From: Torpedo marmorata
Taxonomy: Eukaryota
Direction of reading: 5' to 3'
Assembly (NCBI GenBank): GCA_977017645.1
Contig: OZ360245.1
Coordinates: 2,232,001 to 2,296,000 of the forward strand
DNA length: 64,000 nt
Part shown: positions 24,571 through 37,925 of the stretch, piece after piece
How positions within the stretch are numbered: the stretch's first letter is position 1
How the letters are laid out: every line of letters starts with the position of its first letter
The notes under the pieces: generated by a model
What the model was told of the DNA's origin: nothing
What the model saw: only the letters and a program-made list of their open reading frames with translations
The model's database searches: none
Made by a program: the position numbers and the translations under genes

Positions 24571-25601
24571 TTTCTCCTCCCCTTCACATACTTTGTCTCT
24601 GATTTTATAAACAACGCCAGGAGCAGTGAGAGCGGAGACATTTCCATGTAAGGCAAGTGCTGCATGTGGGGTGCAGGGTGGGAGGTCGGCCGCGGAGCAA
24701 CCCCTCGCCGCCAGGATGTCCAGCCCCCGGCTAGTGCCCCCCAGGAGCACCTGCATTTATGTAACACCCTAACCGGGTGAGGAGGGTTGTATCCTTCCCC
24801 TCTCCCGCAATAGGGAAAGCGACCGTGGCTCCGAACCAGGAATCAACTATTCACCGAGTGTGTTGCTCCGACTGTGAGCAGCGCCAGGCGAGACGAGCAG
24901 GCGATGTCCAAATGCCGGTTGCGGTCACTGCGCTTGGCGCGCTCCACTCCGGGTTTTAGCTCTGCCACGTTGCACTGGCGGCTTAGTGTTCATTCTATTA
25001 CGGCGTGCATTCGGCTTTTATTGATCCACGAGGCCAGAAACATGATGGGACAAAGTACTGGAACAATCCACCGTGTCCGGGTGGGGCACTGAGTAACCGA
25101 GGGGATCTGCAAGGATTCACAAAACCCGACATGGATTCCTGTGCAGTGACTGCTTCTCCACACAACTCCACTGAAACTTCCGGACTTTGCACTTAAAAAA
25201 TTGTTTTTGGCATTTGATTTGAGGACGTACAAAGATTAACTCTTTAGGACATCACACCACGTCCGATGATTTGCAGAGGATTATAATGCAGAGTTTCTAA
25301 TGCAGAGACGGTCCCTCCTGCTCCCCCAACTCCTCACTATCCTCAGCAGTGGAGATCCCACCCAGTGACCTTCCCCACCTCCTCCTCATGTGCTTCAACA
25401 AGCTTTTAGACACTTGTCTGAGGTGTACAAGGCAGAGAACACTGCCTGGGTTTGCAGTACACAGCCCCCAACCAAGCAAGAACAACATCCTCAAATGGTC
25501 CCAGTGCATGACGCAGCTAACCAGCACTGAGCAATCCAGACCAGGAGGCTAATCAGCCCATCCTGTTCCTGTGGGCTCTTTTGGAGAGTTTTCCAATGTC
25601 C

Positions 25602-25799
25602 AGTATTTAAATTTAGACATACAGCACGGTAACCGGCCATTTTGACGTTTTGAAGGGTGGGAGGATACCAGAGTCCCTGGGGAAAACCCACACAGACATG
25701 GGGAGAACGTACAAACTCCTTACAGTGCGGGATTCGAACCCCGGTCCCAGTCGCTGGTGCTGTAAAGGCGTTGCGCTAACCACCACGCTAACCGTACCA
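25602..25799 (-). mobile_element. tRNA-derived V-SINE (HE1-like)
   Basis: Minus strand has box A (TAGCGTGGTGG), box B (GGTTCGAATCC), then the V-domain-like GAGTTTGTACGTTCTCCCCATGTCTGTGTGGGTTTT. Confidence 0.75.
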
Positions 25800-26809
25800 C
25801 ATTCTGGTGAACACTACCCAAGGATGCCTTTGTGGTGATGGGAATCTGCAGGCCCTTGATCACACACATTTCCTTCCTGAGGTACACAGACCAGACCTGT
25901 AAACAAAGTTCCAGACGCAGTCTCAGCAGGGTTCTGTGTAATTAGAGCAAGATGTTTACCTTCTTGCCATGAAGGCCAACATACCACTTGCCCTTGGTGT
26001 ACCTGCTCATTAACTTTCATGTACAAGAACAGTGCTCCCTCTGAACAGCAACGCTCTTCAATGTCTCACTGCTTAGTTGTGTTTATTGTCACGAGTATAT
26101 TCCAGTTAAGAGCAAGGACAGGAAACGTAAAAACGTGAAATCTTAGTTTACAGTGAAGTAATACAGTGAAACCTTAGTTTTGTGTGCGATCCAGGTATTG
26201 CAAAAAAATTGCCATGCCCTTGCGCCATTTTGGATTTAAAAACCCACCACATGATAAAAGTAACAAGATTAATCACGAGAAATCAAATTCATTCCCAGCA
26301 GCTTCCAGACATTCCAGGAGTTCCTCAGTCCTTGGCGGCTGGATGGGAATCCGGCACAAATGGGCGCTCCATGCTATCAGTCACAGTCCTAGTGAGAATG
26401 AACTCTGTGGCCATAGTAACTGTCCTGACTGGTGCCCACTGGAGTAGCTGTCACTATTTAATCGTTACTCTGCCCTTGCTTTCTCTACCAAAGTGGAATC
26501 ATCTCATTCTTCAACTGCCGTGTTCATTCATGTAGCCTGTCCATATCCCCCAAACCTCTGTGCATCCATCTCACAACCCACCCTCCATCTGGCTTGGTAT
26601 CATTAGTGAACCAGTGGAATATTTTACCCAATTCCTATCCGACTCATTGCTGCAGACTCTGAACAGTTAGTACCCCACACTGATCTCAGCAGCACTCACT
26701 GATGTCAACCTCCCAACGTAAAAGTGACCTGTTTATTCCTACGCCATTTTAGTTGCCCGTTCCTGGTCCACAATTGACTACAATCCCACATGCTTTGCAT
26801 AATAATCTC

Positions 26810-28510
26810 TTACCTCACCTGCTTCAAAAGGAGATCCATTATTCTGGTGCCCAAGAAGAGCAAGGTGACCTGCCTCAATGACCATCAGCCGGCAGCACTG
26901 ATGTCTACCGTGATGAAGGGCTTTGAGAGGTTAGTTATGGAGCAAATCAACTCCTGTCTCAGGAAGGATCTGGACCCACTTCAATTCATCTATCGTCATA
27001 ACAAGTCAATGGCATTGGCCCTCTGCTCTGCATTAAATCACCTGGACAACAGGGACCCTTACATCAGGCTAGTAGAAATACAGAAATGCTGGAGGAACTC
27101 AGCAGTGTCCATATGAGGAAAAGATATATAACCGATGTTTCAGGCCTGAACCCTTCTTCGAGGTCCTACCCAAGATCTCTTATTGTTTACCAACCCCGCA
27201 CTGCCCAGTTCTACCTCCTACCCAAGATCTTGTATATCTTTACCTCCTATGGACGCTGTGAGACCTGCTGAGTTCCTCCAGCATTTCTGTGTTTCTACTA
27301 CAATCACAGCGTCTGCAGACTTTTGTGTTTCACACCTACATCGGGCTGTTGTTCATTGACACAGCTCATTGTCACCATCATACCAGCAAAATCTATGACC
27401 AAGCTAAAGGGGCGGGTTCTCTGTCCGTCCCTCTGCAACTGGATCCTTGACTTCTTCATCGGCAGACCCCAATCAGTGCAGATCGGCAACGTCACCTCCT
27501 CCTCAATGACCAACAACACAGGGTTACCTAAGGCTGCGTGTCTGCTCCTTATACACTTTTGACTGCGCAGCCAAGTTCAACTTCAAAGCAATCTTTCAAT
27601 TCACTGACAACATCAGCGTTGTTGACCGAATAACTGGAAACGATGAGTCAGAATGCAGGATGGCGATCGAGGATCTGGTTGGGTGGTGCCAGAACGACGA
27701 TCTTGTTCTCAACGTCCCCAAGACCAAGGAGCCTATTGTTGATTTTAGAAAGGGGAGGCTGAGGAACCACGCGTCTGTCCACATTGATGGGACAGAGATG
27801 GAGACTGTTAGTGCATTCAAATTCCTGGGAGTCCATATTTCAGAAGACATCTCCTTGAGCCAGCACTGAGGCAACCATGAAGAAGGCACACCAACGTCTC
27901 TACTTTCTAATCTGAGGAGATTTGGCAGGTCGTCGAATACTCTATCACACTTCTACAGGTGCACAGTGGAAAGCACACTGACTGGTTGCATCACAGCCTG
28001 GTTTGGGAATTTGACTGCCCAGGAACGCAGCAGTCTCCAGAAGATAACTCTAGGTCCATCACAGGCTCCAACCTCCCATCCACTGCAGACGTCTACGTGA
28101 GGCACTGCCTCAAGAAGGCAGCCAACATCATAAAGGACCCCCATCACCCTGGTCACAACCTCTCTCACTGCTCTCTTCGGGCAGAAGGTACAGAGGCCTC
28201 AAGATCAGCTCCTCGAGGCTCAAGTATAGTTTCTTTCACGGCTATCGGGCTCTTGAACCTGCCCTTGTTACACTTATTATGTACTGCTCTGACGTCATAA
28301 AAGGACTGTCTGCATTATTGCAAGGACACTTTTTTCATGTAAAATGATACCTGTGAATATTTATCATTCATCTATCTTTTGTATTTATTACTTCTTTTCA
28401 ATTTAATGTACACTACTGTAGTTGGGTTTTTTAATATAAAGTACCTGTTCGGCTACAGCAATGAGAATTTTGGTGCATATCTGCATTTTATGATGTATAT
28501 GACAGCAATA
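26810..28510 (+). mobile_element. Degenerate Rex/Babar-like LINE containing a small Penelope-derived insertion at ~27071-27334
   Basis: CFKRRSIILVPKK...DPLQF...WILDFFIGRPQSV...KTKEPIVDFRK...KDPHHPGH remnants with stops and frameshifts. Confidence 0.8.
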
Positions 28511-28879
28511 TCATTATTATCAAAGTCCTCTCAAAGTCCACATGCATCACAATTGGCCTTTCATCCTTATCTATTCTGCGAGTTCAATAACTTAAACAAC
28601 CGTCAAACATGATTTCCCTTAAACAAATCCATGGCGACACTGCCCTGCCCTGTTATTAATTCTCTACTGCCTGCTTGTCCCCTGCTCAGTGAACAGATTC
28701 CAGCAACATTTCAGACAGCAAGTCAGAGGGTTCACTCAGGGCAAGGGCTGTGACTGCTCTGGTACAGAGATCCCAACCTCCGCAGCAGCCAGCGAGGAAC
28801 CTGCACACTCTGAACCTGGGTCTTTCTTGCCCACTATAATTTTCAGGCTTCTGGAGCATGAGGATGCTGCAGGACTCGG

Positions 28880-29300
28880 GGGCCTGAGCCAGAGGTTGCG
28901 CAGGCTGGGGCGTTATTCCTTGGAGTGCAGGAGGATGAGGGGTGATCTCACAGAGGTGGACAGAATCATGAATAGATTGGGTGAACGTACAGTCTTTTTC
29001 CCAGAATAGGGGAATTGGTAACCAGTAACATAGGTTTAAGGTGAGGGGGGAGAGATTTAATGGGAACCTGAGGGGTAACTTTTTTTTTAAACACACAGAG
29101 GGTTGTGGGTGTGTTGAACGGGCTGCCGGAAGAAGTGGTTGAGTCAGGTACTATTGCAATGTTTAAGAAATATTTGGACGGATATGTGGATAGGATGAGT
29201 TTAGAGTGAAATGGCCAAACGCAGGCAGGTGGGACTAGTGTGGGTGGGACATTTTGGCTGGCGAGGGCAATTTGGGCCGAAGGCTTGTTTCCACGCTCTG
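28880..29300 (+). mobile_element. CR1 3' fragment
   Basis: RLRRLGRYSLECRRMRGDLTEV remnant and a CR1-type 3' end. Confidence 0.75.
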
Positions 29301-29368
29301 AGAGGAGCTCAATCAGCCCACTGTCAGCACGTTAGCTCTTTAGGGGAGATTTTTCTCCTCTTCCCTTC

Positions 29369-29602
29369 CCCCACAGATGTACGTATTCCCCGTACAGACA
29401 TCTCGCCGGTTCTTCCCCCACAGATGTACGTATTCCCCGTACAGACATCTCGCCGGTTCTTCCCCCACAGATGTACGTATTCCCCGTACAGACATCTCGC
29501 CGGTTCTTCCCCCACAGATGTACGTATTCCCCGTACAGACATCTCGCCGGTTCTTCCCCCACAGATGTACGTATTCCCCGTACAGACATCTCGCCGGTTC
29601 TT
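29369..29602. repeat. Minisatellite, 47 bp x 5
   Basis: CCCCACAGATGTACGTATTCCCCGTACAGACATCTCGCCGGTTCTTC; the copies are essentially identical. Confidence 0.93.
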
Positions 29603-29819
29603 TCCCTCCGCTCCTCTAGAACCCAGCCACTCCTCCAGCAAAGCCCTTTGTTAGTTGGGACCAACTCTAGGCAGGCACGAACACACTTGCACGAGACAGG
29701 GTCTCCCAAGTTCAGACTCCGCATCTCGCCCGAGCACTCTCGCCATCCTCCTGTCAAAGCAGTGTAGCCTCTCCAAGCAGGACAACACACAGAAAACTCA
29801 AACTATTGTAACAGACGCA

Positions 29820-30290
29820 AACATAAGAATACAAGAAAAATGAGCAAGAGTCGGGCATTCAATAAGATCATGGCTGATCTGGATTCAGCTCCACCTACTC
29901 GCCTTTTCCCCATAATCCTCATTTCCTCCACTATGCAAAACTTTATCTAACTGTGTTTTAAATAGATTTAATGAGGCAGCCTCTACTGCTTCCTTGGGCA
30001 GAGATTTTCACAAATTCACAGCTCTCTGGGAGAAGCAGTTCTTCTTCATCTCTGTCCTAAATCTACTCCCCAAACCTTAAGGCTCTGCCACCTTGTTCTC
30101 ATCTCACCTGCCAGTGGAAACAACTTTCCTGCCTCAACTTTATCTATCCCTTTCATAATTTTCTACAAGATCCCCCTTCATTTTCCTGAATTCCAGGACG
30201 ACTCAACCTCTCCTCATGGGCTATACCCCTCACCTGCGGAATCAACCTGGTGAACCTCCTCTGCACTGCTCCAAAGCCAGTCTTTTCTCA
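29820..30290 (-). mobile_element. CR1 3' fragment
   Basis: Reverse complement matches the CR1 C-terminus and 3' UTR, including an acataagaa-type tail. Confidence 0.7.
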
Positions 30291-31865
30291 AAGCTCATTA
30301 TTAGGCTTCCTGGGGGTTAGGGTTGTGGGTGAGAGAATGGCGTAAGTGAGCCATGGATTTCCAAGGGACAGTTCCCTCCCGCCTTCCTGCAGTCCAGAGC
30401 AGACTTAATTAGATTTTGCATTCTTCCCATCCCTGTTTAAGTTGGGAGCTATGCTATGCGTCAGCAAGCAACTGGCTGCAGATTGGAATGTTCCCACTGG
30501 GCAGGAAAACTTTTCACTGACTCTCTGACTCATTCCGACTGCTCAGCGCCAACTCAATACAAAGTTACGCTCCCTCACTCACAGGGCAGGGACAGCACAT
30601 CCAGTGACCACTGTGGTCCTTTGCTGTCAAGATCCAGAGGAGGCTGGTGGATTTCTTCTGGGCAAGATGAGACCGGTTCTCTGCTGTGCTTCCAATCTCC
30701 CGATTGAGGAGCGCAGTCAGTTCCAGACGTGCATTTGAACCCATATGCCACATTTCGTGTAGGGGCTTCTGTACCCTCTCCACTTACCCTCCTCATCTAC
30801 TGTGGGGACACGCCTTCTGCTCAGTCTAGTTCTCACTTACAGTAACAACACGCCATCCAAAATATGTTCTTTTTGTCATTCTGATTTACTCTACAGTTAT
30901 GTGATCCACCAGGAAGCATTAGCTTTAATCTCCCTTCCTCTCTCCCTGATGTAGCTATTGATAAATCTCCATATCACAGTAATTTCCAGATTTCAGATTT
31001 ATCCATTGTTCATTTTAGTCTTGCTGCCGAGTTTTCATTCCAGTTTACCCAGGTCAGATCTGTTCTCATCCCATTGCAATGCCCCCCCCCCTCCAAATGG
31101 CTATTTTTAAAAAATCCTCCTCCATTGTTATATTAATTCTTATGATAACTGTTTCCTAAATCCTCCCCCATTGATATTTGCTCCATTTAGCCTGGCTTAT
31201 TTCCCAGAACTGTCCAGCAACACTGCCTTCCTGATCCAAGGAACTTCAGAAGCTCCTTCTCCTTCCCCTCCCCCTCTTCGTCATTTATGTTGGTGCTATT
31301 TGGATGGTTGAAGTCCCACATTAACATCACTCAATGGCTTTGCACAACTCGACAATTTCTCCAGAGATCTGTTTCTGTCTCCCTCTCACTCATTGGTGAC
31401 CTGTAGCCTAGTCCAGTGGTATAGTTGTACCACTGATAGATCCTGCCCCGAACTGTTCCAGGACATCCTCTCTCCTGCAATGTTCCCCCCAATCAGTATC
31501 ATCACTCCACCACCTTTCATCCTGTCCTGTTGTTCCTGAACATCCTGTATCCAGGGATATTTAGAACTCATTCCCACTAGTCTCTGTTGTTGCCAATACA
31601 GTCTAATCCCACATGGTTAATTGTGCCTGCTGTATGACACCCTTCACGGATTTACTGTACACACACTAAACACACTTACACTCTTACACTCACTGTCTGG
31701 TTCTTTGCAAAATCTCTCATTCCCAACCACTTTTACAATGTTTTCCCCCTTCTCCCCGGGGATACCATCCTATGCCCAACCCTAAACTGTTGGATTAAAC
31801 CTCTCCAACAACACCCACCCTCTGTGAGTGTGTGGTCTTGACCTTGCTGTTAAACGCAGAGAGAC

Positions 31866-31897
31866 TCCTGATGAAGGGCTCAGGCCCGAAACGTTGA
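31866..31897 (+). ncRNA. Minimal hammerhead motif with canonical CUGAUGA core, in an older Penelope-derived repeat
   Basis: CUGAUGA-A-GGGC-UCAG-GCCC-GAAAC-GUU; stem I is eroded. Confidence 0.55.
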
Positions 31898-32529
31898 CTG
31901 CCTTTCACTTCCTATGGATGCTGTGTAACCTGCTGCGTTACTCCAGCACTCTGTGTCCTGAGACGCTCCCCCTGCACTGATCCATCAGGAGCTGTCCAGC
32001 CGTGGCCTGACCACGGACTGTTACCTCACAGCCCAGGCCAGCACCCCATGCCTTTGTTACTCAGCTCTAACCTGTTGAAACTCTTAACTGGGGCTGATAG
32101 CACGAAACATTGGTCATGATGGTTTGCCTTTCACCACAGAACTGGACTCCCAAGCATTTCTACACGTTGACAGACATGGAACCAGGCAAGGAAGGCAGTG
32201 TTGAGTCATGACTTCTGGCAGCAAACCCGACTCGGACAACCTGACACACTAAACCATTCCTGTTGCTTAGCAACCAAGTACAAGCAAATATGAGCATGCA
32301 ATCCCAAGCCAATCCCACTGCCTCACTCTCCCCAAAGACCCCTATCCCCAAACCCCACAGACCCGTATCGATCCCCAAACCCCACTGCCCCATATCAATC
32401 CCTAAACCCCACTGCCCCACTCTCCCCACAGACCCCACTCTCCCCACTGCCTCGTATCAATCCCCAACCCCCACTGCCCACTCACCCCACCCATGGAGCC
32501 GTCTTTTTCCGTTCACCTCCTTCCTTTTC

Positions 32530-33240
32530 CTTTTTAAAATATTTTTATTGAGTTTAACATATAAACATGTATACAGAAAAAAAATATTAAGAAAAACACA
32601 TAAAATGTCATCTCATATTCATACAAAGAAACAACAAATGGAACTGCATTAACCAGTTCCTAAATTCAAATGAGAGACAAGTTATGAACATACTGTAAAT
32701 TCATGTTGAAGCTCATATTGTAAATTATTGACTAAAATAATAATATAAAAGAAAAAAAATTCCAAAACAAAAAAAACCTAAAAACTAAAACTAATCTAAC
32801 CCCTCCCTCTAATCAAGGTTACCTTTATACACAAAAAAAAGGAAAAATGGATCAGATAGCGACCTCCAGACATCGGACAGAGACTCCTCGGAACATTCAA
32901 GATTTTTTATTCTTCCAATCATGATAGTATTCTATGAATGGACACCAGATCTTTAAAAATTGGAACTTTCTATCTTTAATATCATATCTAATTTTCTCCA
33001 AGCTCCAATAAGACATTACATCCTGTAACCACTGTATATGGGTAGGTGAGGAATCATCTTTCCATTTCAATAAAATTGCTTGTCTGGCTATCAATGTGGA
33101 AAAGGCTAAAACTTTCTCTTGAGATGCAGACAGAGGTATATTTGGTTCACGTGAAAAACCAAACAGAGCAATTATCGGACATGATTCTATTTTAGTTTTA
33201 AAAAACGTCAATAAAGTTTGGAAAATGACTTTCCAAAATC
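32530..33240 (-). mobile_element. L1/Tx1-clade LINE 3' end
   Basis: ORF 32897-33211(-) reads IARQAILLKWK...WLQDVMSYWSLEKIRY...W.PFIEY, followed by a T-rich UTR and AATAAA. Confidence 0.82.
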
Positions 33241-33939
33241 ATTCACCTCCTTCCTTGGCCAGTGGGGACTTCAGGCTCTCTCTGGCCGCACCACCCACTG
33301 ATCTGCTCGGGACTGAACAGAACCCACGAATTCTCGCAACAAGTCCACACACACTGCAAATAATCCAACCTTTTCATCAACTTTCATTAAACCTTCACTC
33401 CCATTATCCTTTTTAAACAATATGATTTATGGAAAATCAAAGGAATAGACTCACTGAATGTGGACAGAGAGGATAAGCAGGAACAAAGACAGGGAGTCTC
33501 ATCATGCACAGTTCCAGAGAACCAGAAGGTCTGTTCAGAGAGGTTTGAGTGTGGGTATCAGTGGGATATACGAGAATCTCAGGTCCTGTCATTTTCAGAC
33601 ATGGCAGCTTTTGTTCACAGCTCACGCACTGAAGGGAGATTGAGTTTTGCAAAGATTGGTGCCTGAATTATTCAGAGGCTGTGTACCTGCTGCTGCCTGT
33701 GAGGGACAGGTTATCCTGCTCTTGAGTTAGCAGACACTGTTGCATCAGTCAGTATGTGTTGGCATTTAGCACTATGCCCAGGACAGGAAGCTTCAGAACC
33801 CGCCATGTCCACTGCTCACTTCTGGACCCTGCCTCAACCCAGTCGCCTGCTTCCCCCCTCACCCCCTTCCCCACCCCACCCCCAACCAGCCTGCTTTTCA
33901 GCTCTCAGCGGGACTGTCACCAACTCCAAGCAGGAAGTC

Positions 33940-35830
33940 ACAAGTTTTACAACGTGGAAACAGGCCCTACCACTTGCCTGCGTTTGGCCCAAATCCCTCT
34001 ACCTTTCGTACTCTTGTACCCCGTCTAAACATCTTTTAAACACAATTGTCCCGCCTCTACCACTTCCCCTGGCAGCTCATTCCACACACCCACCACCCTC
34101 TGTGTGAAGAAGATGCCCCCTCAGGACCCTGTTAAATATTTCCCCTCTCACCTTAAATCTATGTCCTCTAGTTTTAATTCTCCTATCCTGGGAAGGAGAC
34201 AGACTAATTACCTTATCTCTGCTACTCATTATTTTATAAACCCCCATATGGTTCCCCCTCTTCACATCCTACGCTCCAGGGAGAAACGTCTTAGCCTGTC
34301 TATCTTTTCCTTATCAGTTGTGGTAACAATCTCATGAATCTTTCTAGGTTAATGATATCTTTCCAAACGCTTGGTGACCAGAACTGTGCACAATACTCAA
34401 GAGTAGACAGATCCCTCTCCACCCTCCCCTGCCCCTTCTCCCCAGCAATCCCAAGGTGATCCCTTGCCCATTGTTCCAGACCACTTCTTTCCCCTGCTGT
34501 TCCTTATTCCACACCACTAATTTCTCCCTTCATCAACACCACCACCGCACCTTCTTGCCTATTCTACTGCAACTTTGAATATCGTGGAACGTTGAGCACC
34601 CAGTTATGGACACTCTGCAACCACGTCTCTGAAGCAACATTAGATCATATCTATCTGTTTGTGCATCAATTCATCTCACTTGTTACAAACAAAACGTGCA
34701 TTCAGGTAGCAGCCTTTAGCTTTGACATCTTACACTAACTTAATCTGGGTTTATTTTCTGCAGCATTTTCCATGTTTTGATCTTCATTTCCCCCTCACTG
34801 TGCTGTACCACCTCCCCACCATTAGTTTTAAACTGTATTACCCTCCTTAAGCAAAGTGTCAGGTGTGTGCCTGCCGAATGGAACAGCTCTGTTCTCCCCC
34901 AGGGCTGGTGTTTCATGAACTTTAATTTATTTCTCCCACACCAACCTTCAAGACATTTGTTTACTGGTTTGCACATACATGAGGTAGTAACCTGGAGATT
35001 ATCACCCCTATTGTTTCTGCCTTACACCCCCCACCCTGAGCTCCTCCCTCCTACGCTAAGCCATCTAGTTAGTGCCCACACGCACCAATGCCAACTATAG
35101 CTGGGTCTTCTCCAGCCATGAAACAACCTTAGCCCTGGCACCAGGCAGGCAACACACAGCCTTTGCGACTCTGTTCTTGTGGCAGAGAACGGTGCCTCCT
35201 CCTCTATCCCCTAGAAATATAAAGACTGCTATATTTCTCTTTCCTCCCCCCACTCAAATGGCTCCCTCTGGACAGTTATGCACATGTCCCCCGAAATCCC
35301 CACAGGGAGCAAGAATCTCATACCTGTTGGACAAGGGGGTGGGCTAAGGGTTTACCTTCACTGGAACCAGATCCCTTTCCATGCCCTCTTCACTCCGCTA
35401 CCATCAGGAAGGAGGTACAGGAGCCTGAAGACGAACACCCAGCGGCACAAGGACAGCTTCTTCCCCTCCGCCATCAGATTCCTGAGCAAACAACGAACCA
35501 CAGACACTACCTCACTTTCTCCTTTTTCCTTGCACTATTTATTTATTTTTGAAATGTAATTTATAACAATATTTGCACTGTAGTGCTGCCACCAAAACAA
35601 CGAATTTCGTGACACGTTCACGACAATAAATTCAGATTCATGCCATCCTGGACCTGACTGTTCACTATAATCCAAGGGGTGTGAGTATCTCCTGAAATAT
35701 CGTGCCCAGGTCATTCTCCCCTCCATGATGTGTTGAAGTGTTTGGGACTTGGACTCCAGCTCATCAACCCTGAACCAGAGTCCCTCGAGCAGCCAACACT
35801 TGCTGCAGAGGTGGTCACTATGAACCACAA
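33940..35830 (-). mobile_element. Fragmented old CR1 (3' end and ORF1 remnant) with a Rex/Babar 3' end inserted at ~35375-35640(+)
   Basis: TRGHRFKVRG remnant at ~34.1 kb; CSKC..LE.L.FRVDELES.. ORF1-like zinc/coiled-coil remnant at ~35.75 kb. Confidence 0.6.
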
Positions 35831-37459
35831 TGGTCCTCTCACTCTTGTTAGTCGGGCCCTGAAACTGGCTCACCAATCACCTACCAGTCTGGCAGCAATG
35901 TCAACGATCCTCCTCTCCAAACCTCTGTCAATCGTCCACACCCACACTCCAAGATCCGGTGTAAACCCACTCTGCAGTTCTTCTGCATCCCTCTTTCTCC
36001 ACACAGACACACTAGTCCTGTCAGCTGAAACTGATTGGCTTCCATTGAAAGGCTCGCAGGTACAAGGCAAGTCCCATCACAGGGCATCTTGTTGACCTTC
36101 TCACTCCAAACTGTAACCAAGCCGCATGGACCTTTACAGTTAAGTTACTAGCTTTGTCTACTAATTTGGAATAAACAAAATGAAGTTATATACTTCCCCC
36201 TCACTGAAAGCCCACATTCTGGACCACTGTACTCTAAGGTACCAGAATACTGGAACAGGATTTAGTCACACCAACACTTGGAGGTGTACTTGAACACATC
36301 CAACAGTGAGGGGAGGCCACTCAGCCCCTTTATGCCTGTGCACCATTTCAGAGAGTCATGGCTTAGCTTTGACAGCTGAAGCAGGAGCTGGGTTTTACTG
36401 CCTTTACCAGCCTTAGGGAGAGAGTTGTGAAGAGAGAACGGAGAGGTTCTCCTCACAGCAGGCAAGACAGAATGGAGACAGAGTAAATAAGGAGGAACCA
36501 TTTCTGGGTGAGCAGGGGATGTGGAGTGAAGAGGTTTGGCAGAAAATCCCGTGGAAAAGTGTTTCAGTAACGAGTCGATCTGATCAGGGATATGCGGCCT
36601 GGGAAGGTGGAGGGAAGAGGTTCAACAGAGACTTTCAGAGATATGGGAACATCTGTAGGGAGCGTGATTAACTGGAGAGCTAACACAGGCTGATGGGCCA
36701 AATGAGTTTCTTGAGGATCAAGCTACAAGTTTCATGGAATGCCCAGAATCCACCAGCCTTTGAAGAAGCAGCTAATATTGGTAAATCCTTTGCGTCTGGC
36801 AGTCTCTCCAACACCAGCAGGAGGAACCCGAACTGTTATCAGAGTGCTAGCAGCTGGGCAGGAGCTACAGCCCAGAGGGAAGCAGGGTAACTGGGTACAC
36901 ACTCGATATCGGAGCTCACCTTACTGTCTGCACCAGCATCACAACAAAAAAAAAAAATCGAACACATCTAAAGAAGGACACGCTGCAGTTTCCACTGACA
37001 GTCGCTGGAATGTGTACAAAACGCAGCAACCAATCTGCCCAGGGCAAGCTCCCACAAGCATAGTGACCAACTAATCCAGGTCTTTATTTTAAATGTTGGT
37101 CAATACATAAACACTGACAAAGGAACCCTGAGCATTCCTGAGCCCCTCCGATTGTGGACGCAAAGATGAGGTGAGAGTTTGTCAGATACACAAGTGTAAT
37201 GTACAGATGCACAGCGACACAGACACATAGGATACATCAAAGTCAAAGTTCATGTTTTCCAATGAAAACACATTCATCAGTATGCCTCCCCTCACTGTTC
37301 CTGTGAGCTGTAACAAGCTAAGTGAAATAGAATCTTAGTGATTTCATAACAGGAAACATGATTTATTTCCAAACTTCAGGAGAAACATGCCAAAAAATAC
37401 CACTAATACATCTACTTCCTGTGGAACAAAATGACCTCTGTCCAAGATTTAAGCATTGT

Positions 37460-37890
37460 CCCTTATGAGGCAAGGTCAGCAGAGCAAGGGCTCGTCTCTT
37501 TGGAGCGAAGAAGGATGAGAGGAGACGTGATAGAGGTTGAATAGATTATGAGAAGCAAAGATAGGGTGAACCTTTTTCCCAGGTCGACAGTAGCAAACAC
37601 CATAGGTCATCTGTACAAGGTGAGGGGAGGAAAGATTAGGGAAGACGTCAGAGGTAATTTTATTTACTCAGAGCGGTGGGTGCTTGCAATGCATCGCCAG
37701 GGGAACTGTTGGAGGCTGGTACAATAGGGACTTTTAAAAGACTCGTAACAAGCACATCGATGCAAGAAAAATAGAGGGTTATGGGTGTGAAGGAGAGAAG
37801 GTTTAGTTTGTTGAGTAGATTTAGAAAGGAAGGCGCAAGATCGTGGAACGAAGGGTCTGTACTGTTCTATACTGTTCTATGTTCCTACAT
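37460..37890 (+). mobile_element. CR1 3' fragment directly abutting the satellite
   Basis: SLERRRMRGDVIEV remnant and a (ctgttctat)-like tail. Confidence 0.7.
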
Positions 37891-37925
37891 CCTAATCACG
37901 ACAAACCAGGATTGGGTAAAATACA

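Noticed and set aside
29640-29672. LELVPT peptide resembling isoform A VELVPTGE
   Set aside because: There is no nearby ATG or donor, and the similarity is limited to a few residues.
30782-30796. ATG AGG AGG|GTAAGT micro first exon (MRR) on the minus strand
   Set aside because: It has a good donor and phase 0, but no promoter-like context. It shows that short ATG-donor pairs arise by chance, which also tempers the other candidate exons.
36914-36939. ATG...AAG|GTGAGC candidate exon
   Set aside because: It is phase 2 and so out of frame with exon 2, and has no other support.
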